From positions 32,001-96,000 of the IMG/VR virus record IMGVR_UViG_3300032272_000002: DNA of 64,000 bases; one strand, 5' to 3'. This DNA comes from a virus. The notes beneath the pieces are model-generated. The model was not told where the DNA came from, searched no databases, and saw only the letters and a list, made by a program, of their open reading frames with translations. This document shows, one piece after another, positions 37,972-47,915 of the stretch (position 1 is the first letter of the stretch; each line of letters opens with the position of its first letter). Both the position numbers and the translations under genes were made by a program.

Positions 37972-38508
37972 ATGACTACACAGAATCCTCTCGAAACTCT
38001 AACGGTTGACGAATGGGACGCCCTAATTATCAGCATCGTTAAGAGATACTTTTCGATTGCTCGTAGAAGCTCTGGCATCGACATTGATGATTTGAAGCAG
38101 GAAGCATGGCACGCATTGATGCGAGCCTGCAAGAATCATGATCCCGAGAAAGCCGCTAAGTCTGGCGTGAAGTTTAGTACGTATGCCTATGCGTATATCG
38201 ACGGCCAGCTTCGTAGGTATGTCTCCAACAGCTATAAAAATCCTGCCAGCGTAGACATCGACAATGTGACTATTGAAGATGAAGACTATGATCTGGAAGG
38301 AGATTTTGTCAAGGACGAATTGGCTGCCAAGATCTTTGAGCTGGCCGATGGGGCGAAACACTCTGAGCTATTGGTGGAGCACTTTGTCAAGGGTAAAACC
38401 TATCGTCAAATTGCATCTGAGCTTGGGGTCTCTCACAATCTCATTCACTTACGTATTCACAGCGTGCTGAAAAAAGTACAAGAGGATCTGTATGATGATA
38501 ACTATTAA
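37972..38508 (+). CDS. sigma-70 family RNA polymerase sigma factor
   Basis: Region 2 DDLKQEA...FSTYAYAYI; region 4 HTH TYRQIASELGVS. Confidence 0.85.
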   Translation: MTTQNPLETLTVDEWDALIISIVKRYFSIARRSSGIDIDDLKQEAWHALMRACKNHDPEKAAKSGVKFSTYAYAYIDGQLRRYVSNSYKNPASVDIDNVTIEDEDYDLEGDFVKDELAAKIFELADGAKHSELLVEHFVKGKTYRQIASELGVSHNLIHLRIHSVLKKVQEDLYDDNY

Positions 38509-38690
38509 GATTATCTCGTGTAAACTGTGCGGTGGCCAGTACTACGGCGGCGAACAAGACGTGAAGCTGAAAGCTGGCAACGAACGCAACGCACCAACTG
38601 AGGTATATTTTACCACACTAAAGGTATCCAAGTGTGCCACCTGTCAAACACACGCAGACCGCACTAAGGCGGCTCGCAAAAAGAGACTCC

Positions 38691-39626
38691 ATGATTGAGG
38701 AATACACACACATTGGTCACATGAGACCAGACACAAAATATAACAACGTGTTCCTGGTGCAAAACTCTGCGGTCAAGACAACACGTAAAAGTAGAGAGCC
38801 CTATCTCTCCGTTACCCTGGCCGATGTCACTGGTCGCATTGAGGGTGCTATCTGGAATTGTTCTAATACAGATGTTGTTAAGCCGGGGAGCTATGTGTCT
38901 CTTGAAATTATTACTAAGACATACAAGGACACCCTGCAATTCAACGCCAAAGGTCGTACAGTACAACCCTTCAACGGAACTCCCCAGAATGCAGAGGACT
39001 ATGTGCGTGGACCTGGCGAGGCTGTGCTCGACTACTATGCCGACGAGCTGCGTCAGCATGTTGATAGTATCGACGATCCCGAGTACCGCGACATGCTTCA
39101 CGAACAGGTGGACATCATTGATACACTGAGGAATGCGTCCTTCGGGCAGACTGGCCCGCTTGCTCATCCGGGCGGCCTCTTGATCCACACCGTCCACGTA
39201 ATTCGATTGGCTCGTGCCTCTGTTGAGAAGTGTGGCGATATCGATGGCCTAAAAGTTAACAACTCCCTGGTCATTCTGGGAGGACTGCTTCGCAACATCG
39301 GCTGGGCAACCACAATGACGCTAGAGGGTAACTTCTTTCGTCCCCGCGATGCATTCTTTATGACTGGTGTTTACAAGGCGTCAGCCCGATATGTGGATCA
39401 TCTTATGATGGCGGTCGAAACGGACAAGGGTATTGCATTAAATGAAAGTAAGAAACAATCACTCTCTAATATGTGTGGCCCCATTGAGGACATCCGTACT
39501 CTTGAGGGCAAAGTGGTGGCTTGGGCGGGCGATATGGCTGGCATCATGCACCTTGGCGGCTTTGCCATGAACCTCAAGCAAGATGGTAGCTGGAAGGGTG
39601 ACTTCTTCGTGGGGCACCTATCATGA
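38691..39626 (+). CDS. YhaM/Cbf1-like OB + degenerate HD-domain protein
   Basis: YLSVTLADVTGRIEGAIW; GGLLIHT; LLRNIG where LHDIG is expected. Confidence 0.7.
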   Translation: MIEEYTHIGHMRPDTKYNNVFLVQNSAVKTTRKSREPYLSVTLADVTGRIEGAIWNCSNTDVVKPGSYVSLEIITKTYKDTLQFNAKGRTVQPFNGTPQNAEDYVRGPGEAVLDYYADELRQHVDSIDDPEYRDMLHEQVDIIDTLRNASFGQTGPLAHPGGLLIHTVHVIRLARASVEKCGDIDGLKVNNSLVILGGLLRNIGWATTMTLEGNFFRPRDAFFMTGVYKASARYVDHLMMAVETDKGIALNESKKQSLSNMCGPIEDIRTLEGKVVAWAGDMAGIMHLGGFAMNLKQDGSWKGDFFVGHLS

Positions 39627-39865
39627 ATCCCGATGCAGAACTAATGTATCGCGAACTACACACGGCCTATAACCATGGGCTCATCTCTAAAGAGCAAGCT
39701 GCCTCCATGTGGAAGATGTATAATAAGCCCTTGGAACAGGTAACATATAACTTTCCAGTGAGCAAACCTATCGTGGGCTACTTCAACTTTAATACTGGCG
39801 AATCTATGAGCCAAGAAGAATTCGAACGAGCTGAAAATGAATTTGTTTTACGAGGAGCACTATGA
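39623..39865 (+). CDS. small protein with C-terminal FVLRGAL motif
   Basis: ATGA coupling on both sides. Confidence 0.7.
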   Translation: MNPDAELMYRELHTAYNHGLISKEQAASMWKMYNKPLEQVTYNFPVSKPIVGYFNFNTGESMSQEEFERAENEFVLRGAL

Positions 39866-40626
39866 GCAGACTAGAACGAGCAAGAATCGCTGGTAAAGTT
39901 AATCGCGATGCTATTGAACATGGCTTCAGCCTAGCTAAGCCTGGCGTAACTCTACGCGAGCTAGACACTGAGCTTGGCAGCTTCATTAAATTTCACGAAG
40001 GTTGCACGCCAGCATTCCTCGGCTATAAAGGCTTCCCGCGTAACGCCTGTATCTCAGTGAATTACGTAGCCGTACACGGTGTTGCAGACGAACACGTCAT
40101 CAAGGAGGGCGACCTCCTAACGATTGATATTGGCACTATCTATGAAGGGATGTATGCCGACGCGGCGAGTACGCGAGTAATCGGTAGTGAGCTAGAGCAC
40201 GAACAAGAGTGGCATCTGTCTGAGTCTGTACAGATCGTCCTGCAAAAACAGTTAGAGGTAGTACGCGACGGCACCTCTCTTCTCGATATTGCACAGGCTG
40301 GACAAGCCGCTGCGGAAGATCTCTGTCTGCACATGGTAGAGGATCTCGGCGGCCACTATATCGGAGAGCAATTACATATGGATCCGTTCATTCCTAACTG
40401 CATCGATTATCGACGCGGCAAGCTGAGTGCGGACCTTCAAAAGAAAAAATATTCCCAACATCTTTTGCGTACTGGGGACATTATTTGTATTGAACCTGTT
40501 ATTACTTACGGAAGTACGGACCTCACTGTTGGTGCAGATGATTGGACGTGCAGTACGGCAGCTCTCTCGGCTCACGCCGAGCATATGATTTTAGTTACTG
40601 AAACCGGATACGAGATTTTATCATGA
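39862..40626 (+). CDS. map: methionine aminopeptidase type I
   Basis: CISVN..AVHG, IDIG...YAD, GHYIG..LH, IEP, AHAEH. Confidence 0.92.
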   Translation: MSRLERARIAGKVNRDAIEHGFSLAKPGVTLRELDTELGSFIKFHEGCTPAFLGYKGFPRNACISVNYVAVHGVADEHVIKEGDLLTIDIGTIYEGMYADAASTRVIGSELEHEQEWHLSESVQIVLQKQLEVVRDGTSLLDIAQAGQAAAEDLCLHMVEDLGGHYIGEQLHMDPFIPNCIDYRRGKLSADLQKKKYSQHLLRTGDIICIEPVITYGSTDLTVGADDWTCSTAALSAHAEHMILVTETGYEILS

Positions 40627-41186
40627 ATACTATCATTACACACCTAGACAACGACCGTTTCCCGATTCTAGAGGCAGAATCACAGCCAGTTAGTGTACCT
40701 ATTAGTGCCCTCGACCTCGAACATATTGAGAGGATGGACGTTACTTTGAGAGATTTGGAAGACGGTGCGGCAGGACTTGCCGCAGTACAAATTGGATACC
40801 CCAAACGCATCTTCTTGCTTCGTAAGGATGGGGAAAACCGTGTCTTCATCAATCCCACTGTTATTGCACGAAGCAAGGAAACCCGGAAGCGTCCCGAGGC
40901 GTGCCTGTCTCTGCCTGGACTTGTTGTACAGACCACTCGTCCCAAATCTGTGACTCTAAAGTACTTCGATCTAGAAGGTGCTGAGCACACCGAAACCTTT
41001 GCTGGTTTCTGGGCACAGGCTGTTGCTCACGAGATGGATCACCTTAATGGTACCCTTCTAACTCGTCACTTGGAAGCTCAGTATGCCAAGACTGACACTC
41101 GTACCAAGTTCGGTATGAAGATGAATGCCCATCGCACCAAAGCGATTGCCAAGCGTCGTGCAAAGAACAAGCGGTCAAAGAAATGA
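40623..41186 (+). CDS. def: peptide deformylase
   Basis: GLAAVQIG, EACLS, HEMDHL. Confidence 0.92.
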   Translation: MNTIITHLDNDRFPILEAESQPVSVPISALDLEHIERMDVTLRDLEDGAAGLAAVQIGYPKRIFLLRKDGENRVFINPTVIARSKETRKRPEACLSLPGLVVQTTRPKSVTLKYFDLEGAEHTETFAGFWAQAVAHEMDHLNGTLLTRHLEAQYAKTDTRTKFGMKMNAHRTKAIAKRRAKNKRSKK

Positions 41187-41470
41187 CCAATAGCAAGTCC
41201 AAGATCGTGGAGGATCTAAACCTCCATAAATTCCAGCAACAGATTCTTGGTGAATTCAAAGAGTTCACCATGCCTATTGTTAGATCAGGGTTTCCAAGTA
41301 CTCCGTTGAACGAGTTGTATAAAAAACAGATCATGACGGCGAAACCGGCCTCGATCAAATGGAACTTCGTGTACAGCGAAGAGGATAAAAAATGGAATAG
41401 CGTAGATGAACTTCCTCGTGAACAGGTAGAATCTGAGAGCGATGAATTCGTATTGACCGGAGCCTTATAA
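41183..41470 (+). CDS. small protein with C-terminal FVLTGAL motif
   Basis: ATGA coupling. Confidence 0.7.
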   Translation: MTNSKSKIVEDLNLHKFQQQILGEFKEFTMPIVRSGFPSTPLNELYKKQIMTAKPASIKWNFVYSEEDKKWNSVDELPREQVESESDEFVLTGAL

Positions 41471-41500
41471 AAAGTACCTTACCCCCAAGGGGAATTGTGA

Positions 41501-42163
41501 ATGAAACAAGTGTTTAAGCCCGCCAGCCCACGTAAAGGACAGAAGGAATATTATGAATCAATGCACGACAACGAGATCACGTTCTGCGTAGGCAGAGCTG
41601 GTACCGGAAAAACATATCTAGCACTCAGTGCTGCGATTGAAATGCTCTACAAGCAGAGTTCAGGCATTCGACGTATCGTAATTATTCGTCCTTACATTCC
41701 CACCAATATCGGTGAGAAACTGGGGGCTCTGCCCGGCACGCTAAGCGAGAAGGTAGGTCCGTATGTCGAGGGTGTAAAAGATAACCTTCGCGAGATGATT
41801 ACGGAAGAATCTGAGATCATTAATCTAGTAAATAATAAGTTTGAGTTCGCAGTTCTAGGTACATGCCGAGGCAGATCATTTAACAACGCTTTTATCATCG
41901 TTGAAGAGGCTCAGAACGTCCCGCTAGACGGTGGGGCCATGAAAATGCTGCTGACACGTATTGGAAAAAAGTCTAGGATGGTAATTGCTGGCGACCTGGA
42001 CCAGTGTGATATCGCCAGTGATCGATCTGCCCTAACTCATGCCATAAATGTACTTGACGGAATGAAAGATATTGGCATCATTGAGATGAACGATCTTAAT
42101 ATCATTCAGCGTAACCCGTTGATTAAAGAAATTTTAAAGAGGTACGAAGAAGATGGGCAGTAA
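41501..42163 (+). CDS. phoH: PhoH-family ATPase
   Basis: GRAGTGKT, LGALPG, RGRSF, EEAQN, GDLDQCD. Confidence 0.92.
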   Translation: MKQVFKPASPRKGQKEYYESMHDNEITFCVGRAGTGKTYLALSAAIEMLYKQSSGIRRIVIIRPYIPTNIGEKLGALPGTLSEKVGPYVEGVKDNLREMITEESEIINLVNNKFEFAVLGTCRGRSFNNAFIIVEEAQNVPLDGGAMKMLLTRIGKKSRMVIAGDLDQCDIASDRSALTHAINVLDGMKDIGIIEMNDLNIIQRNPLIKEILKRYEEDGQ

Positions 42164-42693
42164 AACAGTAGTATTTTGTGACCTGTGCAAACAAGAGGCT
42201 GAAGAAGACAATCTATATTCGCTTGTCTTTAAGAAGCCAGGAAAGAAAACAGGGAATAGATACGAACTTTGCTCTGGCTGTGCTGGTAAACTACAGGTGC
42301 AGCTAGTAGGTGAAGGGGAACTTTCTTCCGGATGGGGATTCGGTTCGGGGCCACCGCAAGGACCGGCCACCGACCAGTCTCCACCGGAAGAGACTGCTGC
42401 TGAACGTCGTAAGCGTCTCTCTAAGCCGCTGCCAGAGCCCGATGCCGATGATGCCTTTGTGGCAGAGAAGCAGAAGGAGGCGGCAGCTATCAAAGAGCGT
42501 GCTAGTGGAGGCCCGAAGGTCGAGAGCGGTAAAGCTACCGATGGTAAGTGCCTACATTATAACAAAACATCTGCCGTGATGGGCACGGTAGGTGGTGAAC
42601 CGGGGTTCGTTCGCAAGTGTAAGGACTGTCGCGAAACCTTACCCGTACATACTGCGGAAGAACGTCATTCCATTTCAAGTGGAGAATAATCTC

Positions 42694-43224
42694 ATGAGAA
42701 AGCATTTAGGTGTACTTTTGGCCCTGGGTCTTGTGATCCTGCCTGTGACTGGAGTCGCTCTAAGCGGCTGTGTGTCTACTGGTGGTGAGCAAGGTCTAGA
42801 AACTCTCGAAACCATGACCGAAGCCGACTACCAGCGTCTCAAGCTGTATAGTACGCTCGGCGTCAAGATTGCCGCGAACCGTCTGGTTCAAGAGGGCACT
42901 GTGTCTGCTGCTGACCTAACGTTGGCCGCCGACCTTCTTGATTCTATTAAGTCAACCCCCGCTATGGGTGGTGCTGAACTTCTTATCGAAGATCTACTGG
43001 CCGACAGCGGCCTAACCAGCACCGAAGTCGAAGCTCTTCTTCAAATCGTTGTATTTGAGCTACAGGCCCGTGGAGTCTTCGACAACCTTGGCATCGGCGG
43101 TCTCGTGGAACTATCTCCGCGTACCGAAGACTTCATTGATTCCATGATTGACGCCGTGCGTAGTGCCGGAACCGTCAGCCAGGAAGAACTGCAAGAAGCC
43201 CACGCCATGGGCATCAGTGAATGA
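42694..43224 (+). CDS. putative lipoprotein
   Basis: Signal peptide with LSGC lipobox. Confidence 0.6.
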   Translation: MRKHLGVLLALGLVILPVTGVALSGCVSTGGEQGLETLETMTEADYQRLKLYSTLGVKIAANRLVQEGTVSAADLTLAADLLDSIKSTPAMGGAELLIEDLLADSGLTSTEVEALLQIVVFELQARGVFDNLGIGGLVELSPRTEDFIDSMIDAVRSAGTVSQEELQEAHAMGISE

Positions 43225-43972
43225 TCTGCATTTACCTTAACGGTAACGGCTACTATATTACGGGGGACGGGATAGAGATTGCTCTTTCCTGTTCCCCTAA
43301 TCTTGATGAGCATGGTGAGCCCTTCTACCCAGAGCACTGTCATATCTATGCTGTGTTATCAAGAGCTTTGAACGAACTGAGGGGACAAGAACTGCCTGGC
43401 GAAGTTATGGTATATAATGATAGCCGCGTGGTTGACGAGATGAACGGTGCCGTATCGCCGCTCGACGACCTGGGTGCAGAATTTCGGAATAGAATTCGTC
43501 GGGAGATCATGCCCGACATTGGTGGTACCGTCTTCTTTCGCAAGAAGAATACCCACGCTATCTCCCAACAAGTGGGTGAGGCTAAGCGTACGATGGTACA
43601 GGTGCCAGACAAGAATAGAAAATTAGAGGAGCTAATGCAGCAACACGCAGAGGCTCAACGAACCAAATCGCTACGAGCGTTAGATAAATTAAAGGAGAAT
43701 TGGAATCATGACAAGCGAAACTAACAACGGAACTGAGCCGACAGTTGATCGCATCCTGCGAGAGAGGCTGGAAGACTTCAAGGTACCCATTGAGGTACGC
43801 AATGCAATTGCTGAGGAAATCCTGGCACTCATGCAGCGTCCAGAACGCAAGCCATATGGTGCTGCGGTGATGACGCCTGAGGCCAGTTTGGCTGCGGATA
43901 AGGCACGCCAACGCGGTGCTCGTTCAGACGACGCCAAGCCACAGATTATGTAAGAGCTATCGCTCTATAAAA

Positions 43973-44007
43973 TAAGGGGCGTGACCATTAGGTCACTCCC
44001 CTTTTTT
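43973..44007. terminator. probable bidirectional intrinsic terminator at the convergence point
   Basis: AAGGGGCGTGACC-loop-GGTCACTCCCC-TTTTTT between convergent gene blocks. Confidence 0.7.
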
Positions 44008-44026
44008 CGTATCTATATCAGTAGGG

Positions 44027-44332
44027 CTACTTGCCGTCAGTTCGTCTATCGATTCGCTCGATAGCTTCCTTGATACTGTTTACGCAGCCCGTCAGCTTGC
44101 CGATTACTCCTGTATTTTTTTCGAGTAGATTGATATACTCCTTGATTAAGCCCTCGTATGCCTCAAGCTGCTTGGCTGTCTGTTCGTCATTTTTATCTTC
44201 TACACTTTGAAGTCTCTTACTCTGTCGAATATAGAGAACTAGTAATACAGAAAACATAAGACCCATAACGCCGTACTGCTCTACCAACCCGGTTAGTGCT
44301 CCGGGATCTACCTGTGCTATTAAATTCATCAT
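44027..44332 (-). CDS. holin-like single-TM coiled-coil protein
   Basis: TM helix followed by coiled coil, at the end of the structural block. Confidence 0.45.
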   Translation of the reverse strand: MMNLIAQVDPGALTGLVEQYGVMGLMFSVLLVLYIRQSKRLQSVEDKNDEQTAKQLEAYEGLIKEYINLLEKNTGVIGKLTGCVNSIKEAIERIDRRTDGK

Positions 44333-47262
44333 TATGGATTTGATACTTTATTTCTATTAAATTTGCCGAACCTTTTTGGTCCTAGATATTCGATGGTCAT
44401 GACATTACCAAAATTGAATACCTCAACGGTATCAAAGTCTGGCATGGGCGTGGGGCTTACTAAGTACTTCATATACAGGGCTTCGCCCGCCTCAAGGTCG
44501 GTCATCACGAAATTAGACACAGACGAGAAGGCCGCTTCGTCAGAGTTGATAAGATTGAATCCGTTAACGGCTCCAAGAATATTATCTTCTCTGCCAAGAG
44601 TATATCTAATACGCGGCTCAACTTGTACGGCCTGTTTGAGATTACCAGCAGTCTTGTTAACAACTCCAATGTAGGAAATGCGGTAAGCTCCTGCAACATT
44701 AATAACCACACCGCTACCCGCCACTGGTCGCATGAATCCATCCGCAGGGAAAATTGGGAATATATCAAACGTGCTGTCCAGGCGTGCTGGATCCCCCTGT
44801 TCGAACGCTACGCCCGTGGCATTAATATAGTTGCCAATACCAGACGAGATCACCAAGTTGGTAATACCAGAGCCAGTGTTATACATAGGCAGGGCGGGAC
44901 CTAATGAACGAGCGTCAGACTCAGCTTGCGTTGTCGGTGCGGCAACACCGTTTAAGCTTGCTTCGACGGGAGCGGCATGAGCTTGCATCCACAGGGCACC
45001 ACGCTGATTGCCGTTAGTAACCTCGGCAAGCACGCCAGACATTTGAATATGCGGGAATGGATCAGTCTCGCTCACGTATAACGCAAGAGGCTGTACGTCA
45101 GTACCTACAATTTGTACTGGACCATTCTGTGCTACGCTAGTGAAGATATTCGGATTGCCTTCATACGCTTCTTGTAGAGTGCTTGCTCCACCGCCGCCCC
45201 CGCCATTCTCCAGAATCATCTGAAGAATTTGACCAGAGTGGGGGATCGGCCAGTAGCCATCGCCATTCGGCCCGGTTCCAAAGGGGCTAAAGCTCTGCTT
45301 CTGGTGCCACGATTCATATGGACCAAAGCGATACCCAAGGCGACCACTACCATTAGAGGTATTGCTAAAAGCACCTAGCTCAACATCATCTCTAGAGAGA
45401 ACACGTAACTTCTGCGTTTCTTCAAGACTGTTGATAATAAAGTTGCCACCCTGTTGGACCCACTGAGTATCATCAAAAGCCGTAACGAGCATCCGGCCAC
45501 TAGTACCGATAGTAAAGATATCAGCCTGGGTCGCTCCACGCAGATAGCCAATTGAAGTAGTGTGCGAAAGATCACTCTCAACCACCGAGCCAGTAATACC
45601 GGACGACTTGAAGATGATCTGGCCAGGGTACATATCTGTTAATGAATATGTATTTACATTCTCAGGAGATGCAGAGTGGCCGCTTGCAACAATTAGGCCG
45701 CGACCCAACTGGTCAATAGGTGCAAGATCTGGAATTACAGGTAGGCCACCATGCGGTTCATGCACAATAACAGGATTACCTTCGTCGATAGAAATGGTCG
45801 CACCATTCTCATAGGCATCGTCCAATGATGTGTTGCCTGCGGGTGCATTCTCCGCAATCATCTGAATGATTTGACCAGAGTGAGGTAGCGGTTGAGCACC
45901 AGTGCCCTTCGGGCCACCAGTTGTTGCGTAGCTTGGCTTCCAATACCAGGCTTCATGTGGCCCGAACTCATATGTCAGTTGACCACTAGCACCACTACTG
46001 TCGAATGGATTGAATCTAATTTGGCCGCCGCCACGGTTTGGATTAACTCCACCGTTGAATTGAATATCATTACCGCTGATCTCGTTATTAACACTGAAGA
46101 GCGTAGCTCCTCCTTGAGAATTAATAAGGAATACACCACTAGACGATAGGAAGTTGCCAAAGGCTGTGGTTGCAAACGTGATTGATGGGGCTGGGGACGT
46201 TGCTGTGCCCGAAGCCTGCAACGCTAGATATCCGGGTGCTAGAACACCGAATGCAAACGTGCTTGTTAGGTCGGGAGTCGCCGTGTGCCCACTAGCGACG
46301 ACGCCAGGCAACTGTAAGATCTGTCTAATAGACTCAACGCTGCCGCCAACGCCGCCAGCACCAGGAGTAGTTTCCTGGATAACAATAGGGGCGTGCTCTG
46401 TTCTGAAAATGTTATTTGAAAGCAGTGCAGGAGCAGCGTCCAGCTCAACCTCGTTGCCGCCGTCATAGGCTGCCTGTAGCGTATGTGGCGTGCCGCCAGC
46501 ATCAGAAATCATTTGAGAGATCTGACCGGAGTGCGGCAACGGCCAGAAACCATCGCTGAACGGCCCACCGGCAGAATCGTGCGTTAGCTTAGCGTACCAT
46601 GCCTGATGCGGGCCGAAGCGGAATTCAAGCTGACCACTCGCCTGGAAAGGCGATAGATTGATTTGTCCACCAGTACCAACATTAGCAAAACCAGCACGCA
46701 GATTAATGTCACGGTTGCCGGTAGCACTAATGTCCACCGAGGCTGTATGAGCAATATTACCAAAAGAATTGAGAGTGATAGTGCCGCCACCGCCAGGTTG
46801 ATTGGCGGTAAAACTAATATCAGGAGCACCAACATTAACCTGTTGAACAGCCTCCATATCGATCTGTGATTGGGAACTCATTACTAAGTTGCCACTACTT
46901 AGAAGATATAAAAAGCTAGTTTCGGCAGCTAGACCCTGAACAATGCCATGCGGACCAAGACCGGCGAAGCCATCAGTTGCACCACCCAAACGCAATGGGA
47001 AGTTGGCACCACCGTCAACAGAAATCTCGATTGCATCTTGCTTGTTGCCGATAACAGTGCTGGCAATAATAGTACCAGGAGAATTGGCATAACGGATCAC
47101 ACCCGACTGACCATACGCATCGTGCAAAATTCCACTGTTAAAGTGGACGTTCGCATACGGACGAATGTCACCAGTAAAGCCGCCCATACCATTGGACATT
47201 TCTGTACCAAGGCTGGCTGACCCGCTACTGCGGGGCAATAGATCTCCTGTAAATACACCCAT
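44332..47262 (-). CDS. large virion/fibre-like protein with three internal repeats
   Basis: 3x FGP..W...P.PHSGQI.QMI...L..AY; Gly/Ser-rich. Confidence 0.7.
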   Translation of the reverse strand: MGVFTGDLLPRSSGSASLGTEMSNGMGGFTGDIRPYANVHFNSGILHDAYGQSGVIRYANSPGTIIASTVIGNKQDAIEISVDGGANFPLRLGGATDGFAGLGPHGIVQGLAAETSFLYLLSSGNLVMSSQSQIDMEAVQQVNVGAPDISFTANQPGGGGTITLNSFGNIAHTASVDISATGNRDINLRAGFANVGTGGQINLSPFQASGQLEFRFGPHQAWYAKLTHDSAGGPFSDGFWPLPHSGQISQMISDAGGTPHTLQAAYDGGNEVELDAAPALLSNNIFRTEHAPIVIQETTPGAGGVGGSVESIRQILQLPGVVASGHTATPDLTSTFAFGVLAPGYLALQASGTATSPAPSITFATTAFGNFLSSSGVFLINSQGGATLFSVNNEISGNDIQFNGGVNPNRGGGQIRFNPFDSSGASGQLTYEFGPHEAWYWKPSYATTGGPKGTGAQPLPHSGQIIQMIAENAPAGNTSLDDAYENGATISIDEGNPVIVHEPHGGLPVIPDLAPIDQLGRGLIVASGHSASPENVNTYSLTDMYPGQIIFKSSGITGSVVESDLSHTTSIGYLRGATQADIFTIGTSGRMLVTAFDDTQWVQQGGNFIINSLEETQKLRVLSRDDVELGAFSNTSNGSGRLGYRFGPYESWHQKQSFSPFGTGPNGDGYWPIPHSGQILQMILENGGGGGGASTLQEAYEGNPNIFTSVAQNGPVQIVGTDVQPLALYVSETDPFPHIQMSGVLAEVTNGNQRGALWMQAHAAPVEASLNGVAAPTTQAESDARSLGPALPMYNTGSGITNLVISSGIGNYINATGVAFEQGDPARLDSTFDIFPIFPADGFMRPVAGSGVVINVAGAYRISYIGVVNKTAGNLKQAVQVEPRIRYTLGREDNILGAVNGFNLINSDEAAFSSVSNFVMTDLEAGEALYMKYLVSPTPMPDFDTVEVFNFGNVMTIEYLGPKRFGKFNRNKVSNP

Positions 47263-47912
47263 TATAAAATTCCGCTAGCTTGCAAAAGCTTAAGGACAAT
47301 ATCTCTTACTTGATTTTCGTCTGGCATTAGATTGTAATCTAGAGAATCGCTATGGCGAACATACCAACCCTCTTCTTGACCAAGGCCAAGTCTATACTCG
47401 GTGAGACCACTACCATTGAATGGATTCAATTGGATAGTGCCACCTTTGTTTTCAATTGTCAGATCACCAACGGGAGCACTCTGCAATAGCTGCACAACAC
47501 CGTCGCCCGCAATCACAAACGCCCCACTGGCGGCGATCACTGCAAACGGAATTCCGAATGGGCCGTTGGCCGCCGTCAGAATCATGTTCGCTGGCGTACC
47601 AGAACCTTGCAATGTAATGATACCTGGACCCATGGTCGTGTGTGAGAACGAACCGAACACGTCGGGAGTAGGCGAATAGCCACTCGCGACGATGCTGGCA
47701 TCAAGAAATGCTTGTTCTAAAGAGTGACCAGCCGCACTGCCCGCACCAGGAGTCGTCTGTCCAATCACTACCGGCTCATGACCGAAAGTAAATTGAAGCG
47801 TCTGTAAACTAGACGGCACCGGCCCTGTATTTTGCTCAATAAAGTTGCCCATATTGTAAGCAAAATTTAAATCTCTCTTAGCGTCCATTTCCCCTATCCT
47901 TCTCTTTTTCAT
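47262..47912 (-). CDS. virion-like protein resembling one repeat unit of 44332-47262
   Basis: PVVI.QTTPGAG, VASG..TPD shared. Confidence 0.65.
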   Translation of the reverse strand: MKKRRIGEMDAKRDLNFAYNMGNFIEQNTGPVPSSLQTLQFTFGHEPVVIGQTTPGAGSAAGHSLEQAFLDASIVASGYSPTPDVFGSFSHTTMGPGIITLQGSGTPANMILTAANGPFGIPFAVIAASGAFVIAGDGVVQLLQSAPVGDLTIENKGGTIQLNPFNGSGLTEYRLGLGQEEGWYVRHSDSLDYNLMPDENQVRDIVLKLLQASGIL

Positions 47913-47915
47913 AAT

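Noticed and set aside
6931-41470. GAL motif as a by-product of Shine-Dalgarno plus ATGA coupling (GGAGCACTATGA)
   Set aside because: Many copies lack GGAG (GGT GCT, GGG GCA), several are followed by tRNAs or gaps rather than a coupled start, and the upstream F and L are conserved with synonymous variation. It may contribute secondarily in some copies.
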